DNA of 64,000 nt from Candidatus Fraserbacteria bacterium (GTDB lineage Bacteria > Bipolaricaulota > Bipolaricaulia > RBG-16-55-9 > DRXL01), in the NCBI GenBank assembly GCA_037440025.1, contig JBBIUX010000001.1:1-64000 (forward strand), given 5' to 3'. The notes under the pieces are model-generated. The model did not search any database. It was not told the DNA's origin and saw nothing but the letters and a program-made list of their open reading frames with translations. Every line of letters begins with the position of its first letter. Positions within the stretch are counted from its first letter, which is position 1. Below are positions 55,081-63,359 of this stretch, in pieces. Made by a program: the position numbers and the translations under genes.

Positions 55081-55416
55081 CTATGAGCCGGCCCGAGCGA
55101 TGCGACGAGGGACCAAATCGATTCTGAGTTCCGCCTGCAACGCCCGCGCGATCTGTTCGAGCGTCTTCAGCTCTACGTTCCCGCCGTTCTCCACGCGCGA
55201 GATCACCGAAGGGCTCGTGTGCAACAGAGCGGCGAGCTGCGTTTGCGTCAATCCCAGCTTCACCCGCAACGCGGCGATGCGGACGCCTAACCGTACCAAC
55301 TCCAGCCCTTCTTCATAAGCCTGGCGAAATTCGGGATTAGCCAGCTGCTGCTTCTTGTACTCTTCGTACCGGGTCACTTGGCGCTCCGCAACCTTTTGAG
55401 CCTTCGACTGAGCCAT
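55081..55416 (-). CDS. HigA-like XRE antitoxin
   Basis: LANPEFRQAYE, GLTQTQLAALLHTSPSVISRVENG. Confidence 0.88.
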   Translation of the reverse strand: MAQSKAQKVAERQVTRYEEYKKQQLANPEFRQAYEEGLELVRLGVRIAALRVKLGLTQTQLAALLHTSPSVISRVENGGNVELKTLEQIARALQAELRIDLVPRRIARAGS

Positions 55417-55419
55417 GCT

Positions 55420-55518
55420 TCAACCTCCCTTCTTCTGCTGGTGCGGCAGCGAGTCGAGAAACTCCTCGACCGGACAGCGGCCTTCGTCATCCTCGTAGAA
55501 GGCAATCCGCCAAGACAC
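55420..55518 (-). pseudogene. truncated HigB/Gp49-like toxin (32 aa)
   Basis: SWRIAFYEDDEGRCPVEEFLDSLP followed by a premature end. Confidence 0.75.
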
Positions 55519-55584
55519 AGCTTATATGATATAGCAGAAAAGATAGAAACGCCAGGTCTGCGCGAAGGCCCCGTCGCGATCCAC

Positions 55585-55674
55585 TCAACGGAGCCCCAAG
55601 ACGATCTCGACGGGGATGCGGGGCTTGCCGTGGCAGATGTTCGGATCAACCTCGATGCGCTCGGCGATCTTCAT
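55585..55674 (-). pseudogene. truncated DUF433 protein (29 aa)
   Basis: MKIAERIEVDPNICHGKPRIPVEIVLGLR*. Confidence 0.75.
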
Positions 55675-55816
55675 AGGGCACCACCGCCTGGGATTGTAGC
55701 AAGGGCGAGCGAGTCCGGCCACCCGCTTTCTGGCCTTGAGCCTTGGAATCACGGCAGGCTTGGCCTCCGTGCTCCTCTGTGCCTTCCGTGGTTCAAGAGA
55801 GGGTCACGCCGCCAGC

Positions 55817-56002
55817 TTAGGGCTTCGGTATGCCCAGGTCTTTACAAATCTTACTGACCAGCTTTTCACGAATCTCGCGATGTCGCGGCACTGATGAAAT
55901 TCTTCTATTGGCCGGGTTCCAATAGATAGTATGCCTGGGCCCCTCGCGCAGAAACTGACAGCCATGCTGTTCCAGGTGTCGGAGCAGATCGCGACGCTTC
56001 AT
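55817..56002 (-). CDS. hicA: HicA toxin
   Basis: MKRRDLLRHL..HGCQFLREGPRHTIY...VPRHREI...ICKDLGI. Confidence 0.9.
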   Translation of the reverse strand: MKRRDLLRHLEQHGCQFLREGPRHTIYWNPANRRISSVPRHREIREKLVSKICKDLGIPKP

Positions 56003-56224
56003 TTACGTCGTGACTACCAGCTTTTCTTTAAGGACCGGCTTGTCAGCGATCTCGCGCTCGGCCAGCTCTCGATTGGCTGCCAGCACCAAAGCGACGGCTT
56101 CTTTCAGATTCGCGCGCGCTTCTTCGAGTGTTCGTCCTTGGGTGTTCGCGCCGGGCAACTCTTCTACGTAGGCAATCCACCAATCGTCGTCTTGTTCGAA
56201 GACGGCCGTGAAGCAGTTCTCCAT
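56003..56224 (-). CDS. hicB: HicB antitoxin (short form)
   Basis: WWIAYVEELPGANTQGRTLEEARANLKEA. Confidence 0.9.
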   Translation of the reverse strand: MENCFTAVFEQDDDWWIAYVEELPGANTQGRTLEEARANLKEAVALVLAANRELAEREIADKPVLKEKLVVTT

Positions 56225-56350
56225 TGTCGAGATCACCCTTGGTTTCAGTTTAACTGTTGCAGTCCTATAGGGCAAGTTGATCAGGATCACGGAAAGCGCG
56301 GAAGTCGTTTTCCGTGTCTCCCGTGCTGCTCCGTGCATTCCGTGGTTCTA

Positions 56351-56540
56351 TTACTTTGGCATCCCCTGCAACTGCTTCATCATGTCTGGATTATGTGCCC
56401 CTTCGACGCTCTTCTCCTCCGGCTGGCCGAACAACTCCGGGTGCAGATAGAAGCCCCGCTCCTTCTCGGGCTTCATCTCTTTGACCGGGAGGCGCTGGGC
56501 GTTGGCGTAGGCGTCCTGGCGGATGCCCGTCAGCGCCGTC
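56351..56540 (-). repeat. R3: longest copy of the gene 3' end
   Basis: Encodes TGIRQDAYANAQRLPVKEMKPEKERGFYLHPELFGQPEEKSVEGAHNPDMMKQ, ending in a stop. Confidence 0.85.
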
Positions 56541-56748
56541 GCAAGCAAAAGCGATCCCGGCGATACTCCACGAGAAAGTGTTCCAAAACCCCGGCTCGCC
56601 CCAACACCACCGGCACGCGCTCCTCAGGCACGAAGATCACGGGCAGCTCAAAGGGATGCTTCAATAACTCAGCATGCACCGTTCGACCGCCCCCAAGCCA
56701 GCGGTAAACTCGGGGGTATAGGGAAAGCAGCGGGCACGGGCCATTCAC
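56530..56748 (-). pseudogene. fragment of a retropepsin-like aspartic protease
   Basis: C-terminal PVIF...PVVLGRAGVLEHFLV motif retained; DTG catalytic region missing. Confidence 0.55.
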
Positions 56749-56963
56749 AGCACCAGAGCGTCCTCCGTCGGCGGGAAGTACTTGAGCACCGGGTCACTGT
56801 CAGGGTATCTTCGCTTGGCTTGCGCGTAAGCCTCTTGAGCCGTAGCGCCATAGCCTGCTACTTCTCGGCCGACGAGGGCTACGAACCGGCCAGCATACTG
56901 CTGAGAGAGCTGCAAGCCCTGCTCCTGGAGAAACGCGAACTCTTCGATCTTTCGGAGCCCCAT
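56745..56963 (-). CDS. DUF5678-family protein
   Basis: QYAGRFVALVGREVAGYGATAQEAYAQAK..YP. Confidence 0.75.
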   Translation of the reverse strand: MGLRKIEEFAFLQEQGLQLSQQYAGRFVALVGREVAGYGATAQEAYAQAKRRYPDSDPVLKYFPPTEDALVL

Positions 56964-56978
56964 AGCGCTCTGATTATA

Positions 56979-57160
56979 CTATTTCTTCGCCTCACCTGCC
57001 TTCCGCTCCTCCTCCCACTGCTTGCGCATCTCCTGCATCTGTCTCATCATCTCAGGGTTGCGCGCCCATTCGACGCTCTTCTCCTCCGGCTAGCCAAAGA
57101 GTTCCGGGTGCAAACAGTAGCCCCGCTCTTGCTCGGGCTTCATTTCTTCGACTGGCAGGC
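56979..57160 (-). repeat. R4: copy of the gene 3' end with an internal stop
   Basis: Encodes LPVEEMKPEQERGYCLHPELFG*PEEKSVEWARNPEMMRQMQEMRKQ...KK*. Confidence 0.85.
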
Positions 57161-57194
57161 CCGATCTCCGAGGCGGCCATCAAAAGCCGAAGTC

Positions 57195-57422
57195 CTATGA
57201 CAGCAGGGCGACGAATCCCTCTACCGTCAGACCGGCTTTGCGGATCAGGCTGCGCACGAGGCCCCTGTCCAGCTCCTTGTGATTGGGCACAGAGAGCGAG
57301 TAAGGACTGCCCGACTGGCTAAGCACAAAGTGATTCCGCTGGCTCAGCCGGTCGAGGGTCCACCCAGCCTTGACGAACGCTCTCACCGCTTCTTCCCCGC
57401 TAACTCGTGGGAGACGAGGCAA
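57195..57422 (-). CDS. hicA: HicA toxin
   Basis: LPRVSGEEAVRAF.KAGW...NH...LSVPNHKEL..GLVRSLIRKAGL. Confidence 0.9.
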   Translation of the reverse strand: MPRLPRVSGEEAVRAFVKAGWTLDRLSQRNHFVLSQSGSPYSLSVPNHKELDRGLVRSLIRKAGLTVEGFVALLS

Positions 57423-57653
57423 CTAGACGACCACCTCGACTTCGCGGGTCTCGACGGTCAACGGCATACCTTGCCGCTTGCGCACTTCCAGGCAGGCGAG
57501 GATTGCGTCCTTGATGTTCTCCAACGCTTCTTCCTGGGTGCGGCCTTGGGACATGCACCCAGGAATGGCCGGGCACTCGGCAATGATATAGCCGTCCTCG
57601 CCGGGCTCCAGGGTGACGAGGAGTTTCAAGACTTGGCGGCGCTGCTTAGCCAT
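57423..57653 (-). CDS. hicB: HicB antitoxin (short form)
   Basis: EDGYIIAECPAIPGCMSQGRTQEEALENIKDAI. Confidence 0.92.
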   Translation of the reverse strand: MAKQRRQVLKLLVTLEPGEDGYIIAECPAIPGCMSQGRTQEEALENIKDAILACLEVRKRQGMPLTVETREVEVVV

Positions 57654-57992
57654 AACGATTCTTCCCCGATGAGATTATAGCCCGTGGGCTTCTCGTCGGC
57701 CACTCGTCAGGCTCCTGTTGACTCACCGGAGCCGGGCAGCTTTCAGCATCACTTCTGTGGCCGCGCCTCCATCGCCTGCTCCAGCGCCTGAAGCCGCTCC
57801 CATCCCGTGTGGGCTACACCCTCCGCATCCACTTTGAATTCCTCGAATTCCTCTGGCTGCTGGTCAACCAAAATCTGGGGGCAGCGTGAAGGGCTCCGCC
57901 CCGCGGGCCTTGAGGTCTTGGCGGATCCCCGAACAGTCACAGGACACCTCAAGACTTGGCGAGATCGCCAGCCTTGAGGTAGAATCAAAACC

Positions 57993-58202
57993 ATGAAGAA
58001 GTGGATCGTTTCAGACCCAGAGCATCTGGGGGGCGCTCTTAGGGTGCGCGGCACGCGGATCTCTATCGCCCTGCTGCTGGAGCTTCTATCCTGCGGTATG
58101 ACCATGGCTGAGATTGTGCAGGAATACCCCAGCCTCAGCGAGGAAGCTATCCGCGGGGCCTTAGAGGAGTTGGCTCACTCCGAGCTGCTGGCTGTCCCAT
58201 GA
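57993..58202 (+). CDS. DUF433 antitoxin
   Basis: IVSDPEHLGG...RGTRISI...EYPSLSEEAIR. Confidence 0.9.
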   Translation: MKKWIVSDPEHLGGALRVRGTRISIALLLELLSCGMTMAEIVQEYPSLSEEAIRGALEELAHSELLAVP

Positions 58203-58249
58203 AGATCCTGCTCGACGAGAACTTGCCCGAATGTGCGTCAGATGAGTAG
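58199..58249 (+). pseudogene. truncated DUF5615 PIN toxin (16 aa)
   Basis: MKILLDENLP then ECASDE*; ATGA overlap. Confidence 0.75.
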
Positions 58250-58275
58250 TCGCTCCAAGACGAAGCTGTTACGGG

Positions 58276-59067
58276 TCATCCTGCCGCAGCAGCCAGCCCA
58301 ACCTCCCGCCCCCACACCCGCAGCCGCAGCGCCTCCGTTCGCGTCACCCCCTCAAGACTCTGCCCATTGCTCAGATAAATTTGCACGTGTAGCCCCTCAG
58401 AGCGCAACACCGTCAGCTGCCGCAGCTCGCTCTTGAGAAACTTCCGGACCTCCCCAGAGCGGAGCTGAACCGAAAACTCTTGCGTCAGCACTTCGCCGGA
58501 AAACACGCCGCCCGCTTGCGTCGCGATCAACTCGGCTCGTGTGCGCACCTGCTGAAAACTGAAGATCGCCCGGCTCAACAGACGCGCTTGCACGGTCAAC
58601 GGCAGTCTGTGATAGACCCCCCGCACCACAAAAGACTCTACCTGCTCCGGCTCGATCGAGAGCTCGAAGGGCTCTTGGACGAGCACGCGCATCGCCAAGG
58701 GCGAGACGAGCTGCCCAGCCCTAAGCTCAAACTCCCCATTGACAAAGAGCAGCACGCGCGGTTCTTCTCCGAAAGCGGGCAGATACCCCACGACCTCGCC
58801 CACGGGCGCCTCCCACCTCTGAGGGCCCCGGCCCGTCTCGATCTCAAACTGCAAACGCTCGCTCACGAGACAGCCCTGAAGAATCTGCCCGTCGGCCAGC
58901 ACACCGTCCAAGCGGGCTAACTCGGAGAAGAAGCGCGTCTCGGGGGAAAGCTCTGCGCCGGGCTTTTCGGGCAGCGCCGGCCCCGGACAGCTCGGCAGTT
59001 GGCCAAAAGTGACTGCGCTCGGAAGCAGCGCCAGTGCAACGGCTAGAACGAAGATAATGGCTCTCAT
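58276..59067 (-). CDS. hypothetical exported protein
   Basis: Signal peptide; AGGAGG SD. Confidence 0.75.
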   Translation of the reverse strand: MRAIIFVLAVALALLPSAVTFGQLPSCPGPALPEKPGAELSPETRFFSELARLDGVLADGQILQGCLVSERLQFEIETGRGPQRWEAPVGEVVGYLPAFGEEPRVLLFVNGEFELRAGQLVSPLAMRVLVQEPFELSIEPEQVESFVVRGVYHRLPLTVQARLLSRAIFSFQQVRTRAELIATQAGGVFSGEVLTQEFSVQLRSGEVRKFLKSELRQLTVLRSEGLHVQIYLSNGQSLEGVTRTEALRLRVWGREVGLAAAAG

Positions 59068-59081
59068 GGTACCTCCTGGTG

Positions 59082-59173
59082 AGACCTAACCCCCGACCCC
59101 TTCCCGTAGGGGCACGGCATGCCGTGCCCCTACACCCCTCCCTCTTTAGGGGAGGGGCTAGGGGAGAGGTCTC
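59082..59173. repeat. composite repeat: GTAG-type REP-like palindrome nested in a family A repeat
   Basis: gtaggggcacggcatgccgtgcccctac inside agacct...aggtct. Confidence 0.75.
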
Positions 59174-59221
59174 AAAATACTTGCAACTGATACCATCCCG
59201 ACCCCGAGGCCGCCACGACCT

Positions 59222-59476
59222 TCAGATAATAAATAGAGTCCGTCGCGGTGAGATCGCATCGGGGCAGCCATAGGCCGTCGAGCTGCGAATTTGATTGAGA
59301 TGACGGTCTAACAGATACAGATCGAAATCGTTCCCGAAGGTACAGAGCAAGGTCGCCGTGTAGCTGGTGCCGGAACTTGTACTCAGACGATAGAGATGAC
59401 TCTCGCCCTTGCTGATAAAGCGCGTGGGGGAGCTGGGCGCACTGAGAGACTCGTCTGTTTGTAGGGGCGTACGCAC
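59222..59476 (-). pseudogene. fragment of a PPC (pre-peptidase C-terminal)-like domain
   Basis: GTSYTATL...NDFDLYLLD motif; bounded by repeats; no credible start. Confidence 0.4.
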
Positions 59477-59525
59477 CTACAAACGGCAGATTGATCCGTC
59501 GGGGGAATTTCTACAAAGCCACAGC

Positions 59526-61922
59526 CTATACCGTGACAGTTTGGTGCTTCAGTTCCTGCTCTTTCTCCGCGATCAACAGTCGCGTCTTAATGACCGTGTC
59601 GGGGTTGAGCGAGATGCTGTCAATCCCGCACTCGACTAAGAACTCTGCAAATTCCGGAAAATCCGAGGGCGCCTGCCCGCAAATCCCGATCTTGCGCCCC
59701 TTGCGACGCGCCACGTCAATGACGTGCCTGACTAAACGCTTCACAGCTTCGTTGCGCTCGTCGTAAATATGGGCAACTAATTCCGAGTCGCGATCCAATC
59801 CCAATGCCAACTGGGTGAGATCGTTGCTCCCGATGGAAAAACCGTCAAAGATCTCGGCGAACTCTTCAGCTAAGAGCACATTGCTTGGGATCTCGCACAT
59901 CACGTAGACTTCGAGACCGTTCTCGCCCTGGCGCAGCCCAAACTCGGCCATCGTCTTGATGACTTTACGCCCTTCTTCGGGCGTCCGACAGAAGGGGATC
60001 ATCACTTTGATGTTTTTCAATCCCATCTCGTCGCGGGCTTTCTTGAGCGCTTGGCATTCTAGACCAAAGGCGTCTTTGTATTTGGGATCGTAATAGCGCG
60101 ACGCCCCCCGCCAGCCGATCATCGGATTCGATTCCGACGGCTCGTAGAGCACGCCTCCGATGAGACTCGCATACTCGTTGCTCTTGAAGTCTGAGAGTCT
60201 CACAATGACGTCGTTGGGCCAGAAGGCCGCAGCGATCTGGGCGACCCCCGACGCGAGCCTGTCCACAAAGAACTGGGCTTTATCGCGATAGCCGACCGTT
60301 CTCTCGTCAATCTGTCTGACGATCTGGGCGATCTTCTCGTCGTGGGCCGCGCGAGCTTGAAGCTGCTCGTACTCCAAGAGCGCCTTGGGGTGAATGCCGA
60401 TGTGCGAACTAATAATAAACTCTTCGCGGGCCAGCCCGACGCCATCGTTGGGGATACGAGCTTGGGCAAAGGCCATCTCCGGGATGCCCACGTTCATCAT
60501 GATCTTTGTGCGTGTGCGGGGCAGCTGCGCCACATCAATGCGATCTACCCTGAACTTCAAGCGTCCAGCGAAGACGCGCCCTTCGCCCTGGGAGCAGTCT
60601 ACCGTGATCTCTTGTCCGGTCTGAATCTTTTGTGTAGCGCCCTCAGCGCCGATGACGCAGGGGATGCCCAGCTCACGCGACACTATAGCGGCGTGACATG
60701 TGCGGCCCCCGCGCTCGGTCACGATCGCTGAAGCGATCTTCATAATGGGCTCCCAATCGGGGTCAGTCATCTCAGTCACTAAGACCTCACCGGCGCGGAA
60801 ACGCCCGATCTCTGAGACGTCACGGATGACGTGCGCTGGACCTTGTCCGATCTTGCTCCCCACAGGCTCACCACGCACTATGAGCTTCCCAGTCTCCTCA
60901 AGCACGCAGTTTTCTAATGTGCTTGCACTGTTAGCTCCATGCACGGTCTCCGGCCGCGCCTGCACAACGAAGAGTCTTTGAGTGACTCCGTCCTTGGCCC
61001 ACTCGATGTCCATGGGACGCCCATAGTGCGCTTCGATCTGCATGGCCCAGCGCGCCAATTGCAAGACTTCGTCGTCACTGATGGAAAAACGCTGCTGCTC
61101 CTCAGAGCTGACGATCTCTTCGCGCAGGGCGCCGTTGGCGCAGACGAGCTTCTTCTGCTTGCTGCCCAGACGCTTCTCAATCAGTGCTTTGTAATTCTTT
61201 CTCAGTCCCGGCTTGAAGACGTAGAACTGATCGGGGTTGACCCGCCCCTGCACCACCAGTTCGCCGAAGCCGTAGGATGACGTCACATAGACGACGTTCT
61301 CAGCCCCTGACTCGGGGTCAATCGTAAAGAGCACGCCGGACGCTGCCAAATCCGAGCGAACGAGCTGTTGGACGACGACAGCGATATCGACGTCGCCGTT
61401 GGTGAAGCCGCGGTCGCGGCGATACGAAATCGCCCGGTCAGTGAAGAGGCTGGCGAAGCAGCGCCGCACTCGGTTCAGCAGCATCTCCTCGCCTTTGATA
61501 TTCAAAAAAGTGTCGTGCTGGCCCGCGAACGAATGCTCTGCGGAGTCTTCGATAGTCGCCGACGAGCGCACGGCGACATCGGGGCTGCCGGTCTTTTGGA
61601 CAAGCTGGCGATATGCTTGGCGAATCTCGCCTTCAAGATCAGACGGCAGCGGCGCCTCGACAATCAAACGCCGGATTTTTTGTCCTTGGTCCGCGAGCAT
61701 CTGAACATCGCTCGTGTCCACCTCGGTGATAAGGGCGCGAATCTGCGTGTCAAGTCCTGTGCGACTCATAAAAGAACGATAGGCTTCGGCCGTGATCACA
61801 AAACCGTCGGGAACTGGAATCCCCCGTAGAGTCTGGCGCATCTCCCCCAGTGATGCCCCTTTCCCTCCAACCAAGCCGACATCGGCTTGGCCCACCTCAT
61901 CCAACCATGCGATGCTTTTCAC
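59526..61922 (-). CDS. ppsA: phosphoenolpyruvate synthase
   Basis: VGGKGASLGE, VAVRSSA, GGRTCHAAIVSRE, GVGLAREEF, FSIGSNDLTQ. Confidence 0.97.
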   Translation of the reverse strand: MKSIAWLDEVGQADVGLVGGKGASLGEMRQTLRGIPVPDGFVITAEAYRSFMSRTGLDTQIRALITEVDTSDVQMLADQGQKIRRLIVEAPLPSDLEGEIRQAYRQLVQKTGSPDVAVRSSATIEDSAEHSFAGQHDTFLNIKGEEMLLNRVRRCFASLFTDRAISYRRDRGFTNGDVDIAVVVQQLVRSDLAASGVLFTIDPESGAENVVYVTSSYGFGELVVQGRVNPDQFYVFKPGLRKNYKALIEKRLGSKQKKLVCANGALREEIVSSEEQQRFSISDDEVLQLARWAMQIEAHYGRPMDIEWAKDGVTQRLFVVQARPETVHGANSASTLENCVLEETGKLIVRGEPVGSKIGQGPAHVIRDVSEIGRFRAGEVLVTEMTDPDWEPIMKIASAIVTERGGRTCHAAIVSRELGIPCVIGAEGATQKIQTGQEITVDCSQGEGRVFAGRLKFRVDRIDVAQLPRTRTKIMMNVGIPEMAFAQARIPNDGVGLAREEFIISSHIGIHPKALLEYEQLQARAAHDEKIAQIVRQIDERTVGYRDKAQFFVDRLASGVAQIAAAFWPNDVIVRLSDFKSNEYASLIGGVLYEPSESNPMIGWRGASRYYDPKYKDAFGLECQALKKARDEMGLKNIKVMIPFCRTPEEGRKVIKTMAEFGLRQGENGLEVYVMCEIPSNVLLAEEFAEIFDGFSIGSNDLTQLALGLDRDSELVAHIYDERNEAVKRLVRHVIDVARRKGRKIGICGQAPSDFPEFAEFLVECGIDSISLNPDTVIKTRLLIAEKEQELKHQTVTV

Positions 61923-61978
61923 GCTGACTGCCTCCTTCTTATGAGCATCCCGTACTCATAACTGAGTCAACTATTATT

Positions 61979-62124
61979 ACTATAAAATATTCACAAAGTG
62001 AATGTCAAGCGTCGAAAACGCTCTTTCGATCTGGGCTTTCCAACGCAAGCTCCTGAGGCATAAACTCGATAAGGGGTGTGCTCTACTCAGATGCTTGACA
62101 AAGTGAATATTTGTGGGCTAAACT
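61979..62124. promoter_or_regulatory. divergent promoters with two copies of a palindromic operator
   Basis: ATTCAC-AAA-GTGAAT at 61989-62003 in the ppsA promoter (TTGACA-18-TATAGT); CTTGAC-AAA-GTGAAT at 62094-62108 over the -35 of TTGACA-18-TAAACT. Confidence 0.75.
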
Positions 62125-62145
62125 TAATGACCGTGTGGAGGTGCT

Positions 62146-63294
62146 ATGGCCGTAAGAGATTCAAAGAAGTTGGCACGTCTTCTGCAAGAGCACCGTAAAC
62201 GGATCGGGCTGACCAAAGCCCAGCTTTCCCAACGTGCGGGGGTCTCGGCCAGCTTTCTGACATATTTAGAACAAGAGCGTCGCCACCCTTCTCCCTCTCT
62301 GTTAACGCGGCTGATGCAGGCACTCGACCTGACAGCCCGTGAGAAGAAAGAACTACTCAGTGCTGCCGGCTATCAACCCATAGAAGAGATGACGCCGCGC
62401 CTCCGGGACATCACAGAACTGCTGGCCGACCTGCCCCGGGCGGAGCGCGATGAGCTGACCGAAGAGTTTTCCAGACTGATCGGGCGGTGGAGGGAATTGC
62501 GCCACAAGCGCGTGCGCCGCGCCGTCATCCCCATAGCCGGCTGGCAACCACGCTTGCTCTCTCCAGAGCAATTGGGCAAGATGCTCCGTCCCGCCCTCGA
62601 AGAGACAGCTCTCGCTGGGCTTACCGAAGTCGTGCTCGTGCTCGCACCGGGCAAGACTGCACCCCTCTTAAAGCTTCCCCGCCAGCTCAAGGTGCGCACG
62701 GTTGTCCAAGAGCCGCAGTTGGGTCTGGGTCATGCGATCTTGATCACTCGCGGCGTGATCGGCGACGAGCCCTTCGCCGTGATCTTGCCCGACGATATTC
62801 TCTTGGGCGAAGGCCGCCGCTGCCTGCGACAGATGGTGGAACTCTATAGAAAATATTACTGCAGTGTGCTCGCAGTCACCGGCATCGAAGGGGCAGCCGA
62901 TTTCAAAAACTATGGCATTGCTCAGCTCGACCAGCCCCTGCAAGAGAACGTTCATCTTATAGAAGAGCTTCAAGAGAAGCCAACTGACGGCAGCCGAACG
63001 GGCCTAACTATCGTCGGCCGCTATGTGCTGACGCCTCAGATTTTTGAGGCGCTCCAGGCCACACCGCCGGACAAGAACAACGAACTGCAGTTGACCGACG
63101 CGTTAAATATACTCTTGCGCCGCCAACGGATCTGTGCCTTGATCTATGAAGAGAAACTCTTCCGGGTGACCCCCATTAAAATGCTCTTAGAGCAATTGAT
63201 TGACGCGCTCGACGAGTCGCGCCCCGAACGGCTCGAACGAGCTATGCAGATCACACGGAAAGCGTTGCAAGCGTTGACCGCCCTGCGGTCTTGA
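62146..63294 (+). CDS. XRE-HTH regulator fused to a degenerate GalU-like nucleotidyltransferase domain
   Basis: GLTKAQLSQRAGVSASFLTYLEQERRHPS; then VRRAVIPIAG, QLGLGHAI, EPFAVILPDD, LQEKP, IVGRYVL, ELQLTDAL. Confidence 0.88.
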   Translation: MAVRDSKKLARLLQEHRKRIGLTKAQLSQRAGVSASFLTYLEQERRHPSPSLLTRLMQALDLTAREKKELLSAAGYQPIEEMTPRLRDITELLADLPRAERDELTEEFSRLIGRWRELRHKRVRRAVIPIAGWQPRLLSPEQLGKMLRPALEETALAGLTEVVLVLAPGKTAPLLKLPRQLKVRTVVQEPQLGLGHAILITRGVIGDEPFAVILPDDILLGEGRRCLRQMVELYRKYYCSVLAVTGIEGAADFKNYGIAQLDQPLQENVHLIEELQEKPTDGSRTGLTIVGRYVLTPQIFEALQATPPDKNNELQLTDALNILLRRQRICALIYEEKLFRVTPIKMLLEQLIDALDESRPERLERAMQITRKALQALTALRS

Positions 63295-63359
63295 GTCTCT
63301 TGCATCCTGTGCTCGAACTCGATAGACTTTGGCCCCACTCACATCGAACGACAGAGCAC

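Noticed and set aside
55931..57200. Plus-strand ORFs 55931..56707, 56523..57200 and 54509..54715 sharing PFDALLLRLA
   Set aside because: Antisense translations of the R repeats and TA genes
54513..57880. Integron (attC) cassette array
   Set aside because: No attC-like RYYYAAC...GTTRRRY palindromes recognised; the repeats are coding remnants, and the 309-aa integrase shows no evident IntI-specific insertion
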